A stretch of DNA of 64,000 nucleotides, from the NCBI GenBank assembly GCA_964589075.1, contig CAZPQU010000004.1, positions 59,090 to 123,089 of the forward strand. Reading direction: 5' to 3'. Position numbers and translations under genes: made by a program. Every line of letters starts with the position of its first letter. Positions within the stretch are counted from its first letter, which is position 1. Source of the stretch: an uncultured Candidatus Izemoplasmatales bacterium (GTDB lineage Bacteria; Bacillota_I; Bacilli_A; MAG-NZ). Below the pieces are notes generated by a model that was given only the letters and a program-made list of their open reading frames with translations, was not told where the DNA came from and made no database searches. Shown piece after piece: positions 19,945-28,240 of this stretch.

Positions 19945-20460
19945 AAAAAAAACCCCTTCTCATTTAATAATTAATGAACATTATAAACTATCAAAAAATA
20001 AATCGTACTCTATTAAGTATTGTTTACTCTTAGTAGGTCACATATATTTGAATCAGTGACACTACTAAACAATATCATAGAATACAACGTTATAAAGTTA
20101 CAAATATTCTACTTTCCTTTACCTTAGCCGTTTCAGTTGTTAAGACTGCACATTTAATGCTCAATACTAGCGATTCTAACTTTAAATTATAGCTATATAC
20201 AGACTTCTAATGAAAAAATCATAAAGAACTAATTGTATCAATAGTAGAATAGATAACATCAAACACAACAATATCAACAGAATGATTAACAGTTTTTTGG
20301 TTAAGGAATATGAACTACACGGGTATTGGAACATTATGCTATAATTCACATATATTTCACCTTAGAATAAAACGAAACCACTGGGTATTGAAGTCGACAA
20401 AATGTATAAAGTAGGCGTTGAATGGAATAGAAAAAGACCCCTCTTTTAGGGATCACAATA

Positions 20461-20551
20461 GTTGAACATTAGTACCCACATACAATAGGCTAAGGTTTTC
20501 AAAGAACTACACCACTAATATATCAAATGAGGGGGACGTATTATGTCACAT
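20461..20551. repeat. 91-nt island repeat, copy 4
   Basis: 2 mismatches to the consensus. Confidence 0.9.
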
Positions 20552-20748
20552 CAGAAAAAAAGGATAAATTATCATCCTTTTTCAATTTGAACCTGCCCCT
20601 TAAAGTTTAAATACATAACAGAATTTTTCAATTAATTTGTACTGTGTCAAGGATACCTCGTTGTTTAATTCATACTTAAATCCATTTATATAAGTTACAT
20701 AATGTTATGCTTTTTTTCCTTAGTTTACTCTTCGAAGTAAACTTTACA

Positions 20749-21573
20749 TTATACAGCACCTTTTGAATGTGCAAACATGCAAACCTCAGAACTGGTAATA
20801 TACTTTCTTTCTAAAACATCAATATATTTGTTGTGTGATCTTACTATATGATTAACAAATTCTATCTCATTTCTAAACCCCTTAATCTTCAATAGAACTT
20901 GGTCAGATGATTTACCAGAATTTATGAACTCAGACACTACTTTCTCAAGAGCGATAAATTGTTTAGAAATAGTATTAAGTCTCATAAGATAGCTTTGTCT
21001 CCTAATCACTGTTATCAACCTATTTATGTTATTCAACTCTATTGAACTCTGAAAAACATTTAAGAACTCGTCTTCTTTGTAAGCAACCCCTAAATCATTA
21101 TATTTACTATTAAACCATTTATCCCTACAATCTACAATCTCGACTTTTGCTTTTTGCAAGAGTTGTAGCTCAGCAAAGTTTGTTCTCTCAAATAAAATAA
21201 AGTCGATTTTATTTAGTAGACATGTTACATGATTCCTTAAATCGTGGAATATATGTTCAAAATTGAATCTAACTCCTTCTAGCAGTTTCTCCGATTCAAA
21301 CACTGTAGAAATGATTGTCGAATACTCCTCACCCTTTTTTAACGAATGTTTGAATGAATACTTCAACTTCCTATATCTTGAGGCATCTGAAAAAACAAGT
21401 GAGGAAATTATTTTCATTTTTTTAATGTAAACACTAAAATTGTAAGGGCATAATATCACCCGACCCTTCATTGAAACTGTAAAAACATTCTCATAAAATT
21501 TTACGCCCTTTTTATCAATGTTATGACAGTTATTTTTACAATATGCTGTGTTGTTGAATGAAGTTTTTCTCAT
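20749..21573 (-). CDS. helical protein with a histidine-kinase H-box-like motif, no ATPase domain seen
   Basis: FEHIFHDLRNHVTCLL resembles a HisKA phospho-acceptor box. No N/G1/G2 boxes found. 4-nt ATGA overlap with the upstream receiver gene. Confidence 0.35.
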   Translation of the reverse strand: MRKTSFNNTAYCKNNCHNIDKKGVKFYENVFTVSMKGRVILCPYNFSVYIKKMKIISSLVFSDASRYRKLKYSFKHSLKKGEEYSTIISTVFESEKLLEGVRFNFEHIFHDLRNHVTCLLNKIDFILFERTNFAELQLLQKAKVEIVDCRDKWFNSKYNDLGVAYKEDEFLNVFQSSIELNNINRLITVIRRQSYLMRLNTISKQFIALEKVVSEFINSGKSSDQVLLKIKGFRNEIEFVNHIVRSHNKYIDVLERKYITSSEVCMFAHSKGAV

Positions 21574-22247
21574 TTCACTATTCCATTGACAAAACTGAAA
21601 ATCATACTTATTGCCCGACCCGCTTGAACCATCCTTCCAATATCTATACCACTCGTTTCAAACTGATTAGAATATCCACTAATACTTCTACAAAACAGAT
21701 CCTCTATTATAGCAATATCCTTATTCTTGACATTATCTTTCCTTAATTCGTTTTCTATTTTCTTCCATTGTATTACCGGGTTTTTGCTGTCACTGATGAG
21801 TTTGTCAAGTTCATTCGACAGTTCATTTCCAGACAGACCTTTTTGGATAAATCCATCTAATATCTCATAGTTTATACTGATATCAGATTCATTTATCCCT
21901 GTATATAGAACAACAATTTTATTACTATATTGCGATTTTAATTGTAAGGCTGCTTCGACTCCACCGTGCTTGCTGTCATCAGATACGTGGACTCCCTTTA
22001 TGTCGCATAATATAATATCATATACTTCATAAGTGCTAATATGCTTGAAGTTATCATCAACTACAACTTGACCATATCCTAGCCTATCGATGGAATTCCT
22101 GTCAAATCCCTCGTCATCAATTACACAAATACGGTACCTTTTTCTGTCCACAGCATTCTTTGAAAACATGTTTGAATACTTATGTCTATCTTCCTTTATT
22201 GACTTCAGTTTTTCAGTACTTAAGTAATTAGTCTTTTTTACAAACAT
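21570..22247 (-). CDS. receiver (REC) domain protein with a short helical C-terminal extension
   Basis: Receiver landmarks in order: ICVIDDE, DIILCDIKG, KIVVLYTG, GFIQKG. No recognisable DNA-binding output domain. Confidence 0.5.
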   Translation of the reverse strand: MFVKKTNYLSTEKLKSIKEDRHKYSNMFSKNAVDRKRYRICVIDDEGFDRNSIDRLGYGQVVVDDNFKHISTYEVYDIILCDIKGVHVSDDSKHGGVEAALQLKSQYSNKIVVLYTGINESDISINYEILDGFIQKGLSGNELSNELDKLISDSKNPVIQWKKIENELRKDNVKNKDIAIIEDLFCRSISGYSNQFETSGIDIGRMVQAGRAISMIFSFVNGIVK

Positions 22248-22402
22248 TATTTTGTCTCCCTACCATTTTCACTAATTATACACCATAATTACTTCAGTAA
22301 AAAGCGCATGAGTTTGATAATGGACTCATAGTGATACAAACTCGAACTAATTTACTTATTGATTTCCAGTGTAGTCAGATACTAAATAGACTGGTCCTAA
22401 GA

Positions 22403-22493
22403 GTTGAACATTAGTACCCACATACAATAGGCTAAGGTTTTCAAAGAACTACACCCCTAAGATATCAAATGAGGGGGACGTATTATGTCACAT
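22403..22493. repeat. 91-nt island repeat, copy 5
   Basis: Identical to the consensus. Confidence 0.9.
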
Positions 22494-22624
22494 TTAAAAA
22501 AAAGTCCAGTTTATCGAACTTTTTTTGATACATAGGATTTCAATTTTGTAATATTTAAAAGTATCAAAAGTGTAACATTTCAACAACTCCATATATGATA
22601 GACTTAGGTCAAGGAGGTGAAGGC

Positions 22625-22816
22625 ATGAGACTTATAGACACAACAGAAATGGACGGAACTAGAATTACAATTAACGCTGATAATATATCATTCATAAGAG
22701 GATATGAAACCTATACCAGAGTATTCCTCAATACCTCAGATGCAAATTACATTAACTTTATTGATGTTAATGATACATATGAAGTATTTCAAAATTTGTT
22801 GCAACAACTACAATAA
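22625..22816 (+). CDS. small protein (63 aa), FlbD/LytTR-like beta-rich pattern, function unknown
   Basis: AGGAGG RBS 7 nt upstream of the ATG at 22625. The only gene in its cassette, and on the opposite strand to most cargo. Confidence 0.4.
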   Translation: MRLIDTTEMDGTRITINADNISFIRGYETYTRVFLNTSDANYINFIDVNDTYEVFQNLLQQLQ

Positions 22817-22843
22817 AAAAGACCATTCTATTTGGTCACAGAA

Positions 22844-22934
22844 GTTGAACATTAGTACCCACATACAATAGGCTAAGGTTTTCAAAGAACTACACCCCTA
22901 AGATATCAAATGAGGGGGACGTATTATGTCACAT
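22844..22934. repeat. 91-nt island repeat, copy 6
   Basis: Identical to the consensus. Confidence 0.9.
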
Positions 22935-23030
22935 TAAAAAAAAAGTTCAGATTTTGAACTTTTTTTTAGCAGTTAAAATATAATCTCACTACCTTGTATC
23001 TCAAACTTATCGTCATTTTACAAGGGATAC

Positions 23031-24254
23031 TTAGTTACTTAGAACTTGGGTTAGATTTTTTAGTCTAGCTAGTACTTCATCATATGTAATGACTACCACG
23101 TCACTAAAACTGTTTCTAAATAGTTCAAAAGACTTCTCTCTGTCTATACCTACTATTTCATCTAATCTTCCAATAATTACATAAGCTATTGGTCTGTATG
23201 CTTTTGTTTGATAATCCGAATGAGTATTCCTAACCGGCAAATCAATTATAAAGTTAAACCTTTGTATGCATACTTGAGTGATTGAACCACTCAATTCATT
23301 ACTAGGTCCAAAGACTGTATCGGGTCTGTAGGCGTTAGTTTTCAGCAATGGAGTAGTAGGTTTCTTAATTTCAATCACGGATACAACTTGATCGTTCCAT
23401 TTTGCAATAAAATCCGTGAATGTACTTCCTTTTCCACTGATTTTTGTTCCACCAGTGAATCTATCTTCACCTATCATATGACAAGTAGTTGGAATTACAA
23501 GTGGTAACAGAAAGGAGTTGGTAGTAAAGAACTCCTGACATTCTGGTTCTGATGGACTCCCTCCTATTAAAGTTTCAAAATCCTCGATAGCTAACTCCAA
23601 TATTGATCTTCCAATTTTAGAGTTTAGCTCTTGAAGTTTCTCAATATCAAATTTTTCTAATAAAAGGTCAATATTATCTTTATTTTCCAAGTATGCTTTA
23701 ACAGATTCAGGAGACTCAGAAACCTTTAGTAGTATCTCTGGATTAATTAATTTCAGTGTAGCCGTTATGTCTTCAATATTGTCCCCAGATAGCAAATCAA
23801 TCAAGTCATTTAGTTCTGTTTTTTTTGCAAATCTAAGCACTTTATTTACTAATTCCTTATCCTTCTCAATATTGGAGTTAAACAACAAATGTTGCTCTCT
23901 TAAAAAATAGTAATCATTATTTCCAAAAGATAAATCTGCATCTTCATACATTTTCTTAAGTTCACCTGATATGCTTATTAATTCAAAAAGGTCATCTCTA
24001 CTCAAGTCAACTTTAGTCCACTCCCCAGCTTTTAAGTTATTAAGAGAAATAGAGTCTTGGTCGCTCCAATCCTCACTGGTCTTCTTTTTTTGGTAAATCA
24101 ATTTCCCTGAAACTATTTTCTCCGGGTTAGAACTTGCTCTAACTAATTTAGGATAATAAACTAATCTTCCGGTTTTGTTACTTCTTAGTACGACACCAGT
24201 ACATTTTGAGGTCGCCCTCGAATCACTCATTACGTTTATAGATATTAATTGCAT
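23031..24254 (-). CDS. Shedu-like defence nuclease (DUF4263-type PD-(D/E)xK C-terminal domain)
   Basis: C-terminal FTDFIAKWNDQVVSVIEIKKPTTPLL ... ELSGSITQV matches the D...E-x-K plus downstream Q pattern of SduA-type proteins. 407 aa is a typical length. Confidence 0.55.
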   Translation of the reverse strand: MQLISINVMSDSRATSKCTGVVLRSNKTGRLVYYPKLVRASSNPEKIVSGKLIYQKKKTSEDWSDQDSISLNNLKAGEWTKVDLSRDDLFELISISGELKKMYEDADLSFGNNDYYFLREQHLLFNSNIEKDKELVNKVLRFAKKTELNDLIDLLSGDNIEDITATLKLINPEILLKVSESPESVKAYLENKDNIDLLLEKFDIEKLQELNSKIGRSILELAIEDFETLIGGSPSEPECQEFFTTNSFLLPLVIPTTCHMIGEDRFTGGTKISGKGSTFTDFIAKWNDQVVSVIEIKKPTTPLLKTNAYRPDTVFGPSNELSGSITQVCIQRFNFIIDLPVRNTHSDYQTKAYRPIAYVIIGRLDEIVGIDREKSFELFRNSFSDVVVITYDEVLARLKNLTQVLSN

Positions 24255-24320
24255 ATTAAGCCTCCCTATTATACTTTCATGATCGCGTTTTGTTATATTA
24301 TATCATCTCATACTCAATAA

Positions 24321-24362
24321 TAAAGTCACATTTATTTCACCATTGTGTAAAATGGATATGGT
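24321..24362 (-). promoter_or_regulatory. TGTAAC/TGTGAC-type promoter-like module upstream of the Shedu-like gene
   Basis: Minus-sense CCATTTTACACAATGGTGAAATAAATGTGACTTTA aligns with the other cassette modules. Confidence 0.35.
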
Positions 24363-24421
24363 CACTTGTACATTATATAAATGTAAAGTAAACTTTAGGT
24401 ATAATTACAAAGGAGATTAAT

Positions 24422-24988
24422 ATGAAAAAAAGTAAAAGAAAAGGTGTTATTAAACAAGTAGTTCGGGATTTGACATATTCAATTGTGTCGTTTATGTATT
24501 TGATATTATCACTGCTTGCATTTTATCAGATTGGATTTACAATTAGTCTAATACTATTGGGTCTTTTTGCATTAGCAAGCATTCTTATGATGCTGAGTTT
24601 TTTTTTAGGAAATCAACCTTATAAAACATATCTTGCGACATTCATAGGCTCATTTTTCCTCTCTGTGGGTGTTTTCTTTAATATTGCTAAGTTAATCTCT
24701 ATGATAAACAATAAGTATCTCACTGAGATTCTAATAATGGGGACTATCCTAGTTATTGGTTATGCTCCCATATTAGTAAATCACATATTATTTAAAACTA
24801 GAAAAAGTTATGTCTCGAGATTATCAATGTATGTAATTGCATTAACAATGTTACTAATAGACTACTTCCTAACGGTATTTGAGGGAGGGACTTCCCCCTT
24901 ACAAAGTGCAGTATGGATTATACTTCTTGTTGACAATATAATTCAGTTGGTAATGAAAGAAGTATCGAACCGACTAGTGGAGGAATAG
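24422..24988 (+). CDS. membrane protein (5-6 TM), function unknown
   Basis: AGGAG RBS. 188 aa, strongly hydrophobic. Confidence 0.5.
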   Translation: MKKSKRKGVIKQVVRDLTYSIVSFMYLILSLLAFYQIGFTISLILLGLFALASILMMLSFFLGNQPYKTYLATFIGSFFLSVGVFFNIAKLISMINNKYLTEILIMGTILVIGYAPILVNHILFKTRKSYVSRLSMYVIALTMLLIDYFLTVFEGGTSPLQSAVWIILLVDNIIQLVMKEVSNRLVEE

Positions 24989-25070
24989 AGTGTTTCAACA
25001 TAAAAATTCAAAAATTGTAACTTTTAGAATGATTATAAAATGCTATTATAGATTAAGGAGGACTTTTTAA

Positions 25071-25292
25071 ATGAAAAAAAACGTCCATGTAACAAAGCAT
25101 CCCGAGGGATGGCAAAGTAAAAAGGCTGGTAACTCAAGAGCGTCTTCTGTACATTCTACCCAAGCTGAGGCTATAGCAAGAGGTAGAGAATTAGCGAAAG
25201 CAGAGCAATCAGAATTACTAATTCACGGCCGAGATGGCAAAATAAGAGAAAAAGATAGTCATGGACCTGACCCAAGAAGGATTAAAGGTTAA
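25071..25292 (+). CDS. DUF2188-like small protein
   Basis: Pattern VHVTKHPEGWQSKKAGNSRASSVHSTQAEAIARGRELA...LIHGRDGKIREKDSHGPDP. AGGAGG RBS. GC content is locally higher than the surroundings. Confidence 0.55.
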   Translation: MKKNVHVTKHPEGWQSKKAGNSRASSVHSTQAEAIARGRELAKAEQSELLIHGRDGKIREKDSHGPDPRRIKG

Positions 25293-25294
25293 AC

Positions 25295-26011
25295 ATGATA
25301 GCTATATTTCAGACGGCTACAATTATTTTTGTTTTTATACCTGGAATAATGAGATCATATATGTTCTCGACTTATTCTTCAAAAAAGAACCACAAGAATT
25401 CCTGGGATTATTTAAGTGAAATAATTTCATTCTCTACCCTTATTTATTCGATTTCATTTGTAATATTTATTATATATGATTTTATATTTTTCTCGAAGTT
25501 TAAAGGGCTGGACCTACTGGGACTTGCTTTAAGAGCTGAAGATAGTGATAAAATATTAATATCGATATTCACTTTATTAATAGTATCGTTTTTTGCCTTT
25601 ATTTGGATTACACTCGAACTCAAAAGAGAAAACTCGGGACAATCTGGACCAATGAGTAAGCTAACAAATAGTGAAAACACAATTAATAACACAACTCTTG
25701 AAACCTTCTTCGATTTACATGTAAAATATCGAAATAGAGAAATAGTAGATAAACTATCTTTCGTTCAAATTTTAGATTTAAAAGAAAGAATACTTTATGA
25801 GGGATTGATTAATTCCATTCCCCTAAGTGACCAGGATGAAAGATACGAGAGAACAATACCATTACTCCTTGAAAATACCTATGCTTACAAAATGAGTGAT
25901 GATTGCACAGAGATTACTGAAGACTTGTATGAATCTCAATATTTAACTTTAGGCTTTAACCCTGAACATATGACTATAAGAATAGAAGGAGAAAGTGACT
26001 TAGATGATTAA
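25295..26011 (+). CDS. membrane protein, function unknown
   Basis: 238 aa with 4 N-terminal TM helices and an acidic C-terminal domain. Starts 2 nt after the previous stop. Confidence 0.45.
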   Translation: MIAIFQTATIIFVFIPGIMRSYMFSTYSSKKNHKNSWDYLSEIISFSTLIYSISFVIFIIYDFIFFSKFKGLDLLGLALRAEDSDKILISIFTLLIVSFFAFIWITLELKRENSGQSGPMSKLTNSENTINNTTLETFFDLHVKYRNREIVDKLSFVQILDLKERILYEGLINSIPLSDQDERYERTIPLLLENTYAYKMSDDCTEITEDLYESQYLTLGFNPEHMTIRIEGESDLDD

Positions 26012-26162
26012 AAAAGAACATCCACAAAATCCCAACCCTAATAAGGGTAAAGATTCAAGCAAAAACAGTACAGTTACTCTTCACGATCACTCTGTAAAAC
26101 GCTCAAAAACTACACCTAGGAATACTCCAAACCCTAAACCACCAAAACGACCAAAGGGTTAG
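26004..26162 (+). CDS. possible small basic protein (52 aa), absent from the supplied ORF track
   Basis: ATG at 26004 overlaps the stop of the upstream gene, with GGAGAAAG upstream. Product is Lys/Pro/Asn-rich. Followed by the terminator at 26229. Confidence 0.3.
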   Translation: MIKKEHPQNPNPNKGKDSSKNSTVTLHDHSVKRSKTTPRNTPNPKPPKRPKG

Positions 26163-26228
26163 ATGTAGAATTTTAAAGGTTGTTATACTAAGAAAAAAAC
26201 AGACCAGTTTATGAAGTGAACCCCAAAA

Positions 26229-26261
26229 GGTAGACATATGAAAAAAGAGTCTACCTTTTTT
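26229..26261 (+). terminator. intrinsic terminator of the plus-strand operon 24422-26162
   Basis: ggtagac-N13-gtctacc followed by TTTTTT. Confidence 0.55.
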
Positions 26262-26403
26262 CGTTCTTCGTCTTGTTGTTTTGTAGAAATACATCCACTC
26301 ATGAACTTGATTTATGTATTCCTCTAGTGAAGTGATATTATTAATGTAGAGAGTTTCTTTACTTATAAGATTAAAAAAGACCCACTTTGCCGGGGTCATA
26401 GAA

Positions 26404-26494
26404 GTTGAACATTAGTACCCACATACAATAGGCTAAGGTTTTCAAAGAACTACACCCCTAAGATATCAAATGAGGGGGACGTATTATGTCACAT
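26404..26494. repeat. 91-nt island repeat, copy 7
   Basis: Identical to the consensus. Confidence 0.9.
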
Positions 26495-26655
26495 TAAAAA
26501 AAAAGATGAAATTTCATCTTTTTAAATTTATTCGTTTGTTGTTTATTTTGTATCCAGTACTTATCCTTAGTTACTTAGACAACGCAATGTCATCAACGAC
26601 ATATAATCCATTCACCCTAGTAACTTTTTTCAGAAATATCTATAACAACTCACAT

Positions 26656-27018
26656 TTACTCTTTAGCTTCGTTAGTATTACTCTTCATCATCTTTTTTTT
26701 TGTTTTTCTAAGTAGTTTCCTGGTGTGTCTATCTGCTGGAAATATACTGTCGTCAACAATAAAGTAGTGAGATTTACACTCAAAATAGAAGTTACCAACT
26801 GATGGCGTCAAGGATAAAGTCCCATCATAAATTAAACACCAATCATCTTTTCCCAGTATCATATACACTGTCTCTCCGCATCCACATGGGCATTTATGCA
26901 TCACAGCTCTGTTTTTGATCGATATATAAATTACTAAATCATCAACAGTCTCTAAGTTGTGAAATTCATTAACGAATTCAGTTTTAATTTTTATCATGAA
27001 TAAAGTCACCTTCCTCAA
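26656..27018 (-). CDS. small Cys/His-rich protein (DUF6527-like, putative zinc-binding)
   Basis: HKCPCGCGETVYM...W...LSLTPSVGN...CKSHYFIVDDSIF. Overlaps the end of the E1-like gene by 35 nt. Confidence 0.45.
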   Translation of the reverse strand: MRKVTLFMIKIKTEFVNEFHNLETVDDLVIYISIKNRAVMHKCPCGCGETVYMILGKDDWCLIYDGTLSLTPSVGNFYFECKSHYFIVDDSIFPADRHTRKLLRKTKKKMMKSNTNEAKE

Positions 27019-28240
27019 TCACAGTGGTAATGACATTACTTTCCTTAGAGTCATGATAAAAATCAATTGATTGTTTCCATCTAATTACAGCTTGACAAGC
27101 AATCAAGGAATTGATTTCTGCAATTTGAATGTTTGTGGAGTAATCATCATCTTCATTATCGTAAACAATATTTTTTTCGAGATGCTTATTCATGTTACCG
27201 TCAAAGTAAACTAAGCTGCACATAGCATACATCTTACCCTCTCCCAATCTTACGCTTATTCCACAATCAATAAATGGGATTTTCTGTTCAACTAGAAATT
27301 CGACTATTCTTTCTTTGTCTGTTCCTCCATCAATGCTTATAAATACGAAATCAAACCCTTTTATTTCATCTAAGTTAGATTCATCAACATTATAAGGATG
27401 TGGAATAACATCGTACCTAATAAACGAATATCTGCTTGCCTGAAGAGTGGCTTTATTAATTTTACTGTTAACCGTCTCTAATGATAGTGCACCTGGCGTT
27501 CTAAAGGCATTGTGTCCATTAAACTCGTCACCATCAAATAAATGAATTTCAGATACAGGAGTCCTAGCTAAAAAGTCGAGTATATAAGACCCAGTTCCTC
27601 CTACACCTATTAATGCAATTTTCATTTTTCTAAATTTGTTTGCAAGAGAATTAAGATGAAGACTACTGCTATCATCATCAGGATAAATAAAAACACCCTC
27701 AGTTTCTTGATTAAATTCTACTTGTTCTGATTTCTGCTTAAGATCATCCATTGATATTCCGTCACGATCCATTACAAAAAAAGCAGGATCACTGATGTAC
27801 TCATAATATTGAATTATTTTCTCATAATGGGAATTATAGTATTTACATTCTGGTACAGTTGACATTAAAAACTTTGTAGTAAGACCATTAGAATATGGGA
27901 ACTGTACTGCTCCTGGTTTGATTAAATCCTTTATTTCCTCACCATCTATCTCATGTGGAAATTCTCCATCAAAATAGACGGTATGTGAGTTTTGGGCAAC
28001 TGCAGGAGTCATTATTTTTGTGGTGGGGTGCTGGACCATAATGAATGCTGGGATCCCTCTCAAAATAAACGTTTCAATAATAAGGCCAAGTTTTATTGAA
28101 CCATCTTTGCAAATATATGGCACATTTGTGATTGCGATATTTTTATTTCTTAACAGTATTACATCACAACCACGTTCTGTGACCACCTTTAGCTCATTAT
28201 TAAGATCCTTTCGTGTTACCAATGCTAAATACCATGCCAT
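26984..28240 (-). CDS. ThiF/E1-like adenylyltransferase with an uncharacterised ~200-aa N-terminal domain (possible E2-like)
   Basis: Rossmann motif KIALIGVGGTGSYILDFLARTPVSEIHLFDGDEFNGHNAFR, then FVFISIDGGTDKERIVEFL...PFIDCG, as in ThiF/MoeB/E1 folds. Confidence 0.6.
   Translation of the reverse strand: MAWYLALVTRKDLNNELKVVTERGCDVILLRNKNIAITNVPYICKDGSIKLGLIIETFILRGIPAFIMVQHPTTKIMTPAVAQNSHTVYFDGEFPHEIDGEEIKDLIKPGAVQFPYSNGLTTKFLMSTVPECKYYNSHYEKIIQYYEYISDPAFFVMDRDGISMDDLKQKSEQVEFNQETEGVFIYPDDDSSSLHLNSLANKFRKMKIALIGVGGTGSYILDFLARTPVSEIHLFDGDEFNGHNAFRTPGALSLETVNSKINKATLQASRYSFIRYDVIPHPYNVDESNLDEIKGFDFVFISIDGGTDKERIVEFLVEQKIPFIDCGISVRLGEGKMYAMCSLVYFDGNMNKHLEKNIVYDNEDDDYSTNIQIAEINSLIACQAVIRWKQSIDFYHDSKESNVITTVIEEGDFIHDKN

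Noticed and set aside
26103-26399. 98-aa minus-strand ORF. Its N-terminal part (SLEEYINQVHEWMYFYKTTRR) faintly resembles a transposase C-terminus.
   Set aside because: It spans a plus-strand terminator hairpin, has no RBS and has an implausible Trp/Phe-rich tail. At most it is a decayed gene remnant, and this cannot be supported.
26470-26715. 81-aa plus-strand ORF listed in the track.
   Set aside because: It starts inside repeat copy 7, reads through the poly-A/terminator hairpin, and overlaps the 3' end of the minus-strand Cys-rich gene. It is an artefact of AT-rich sequence.
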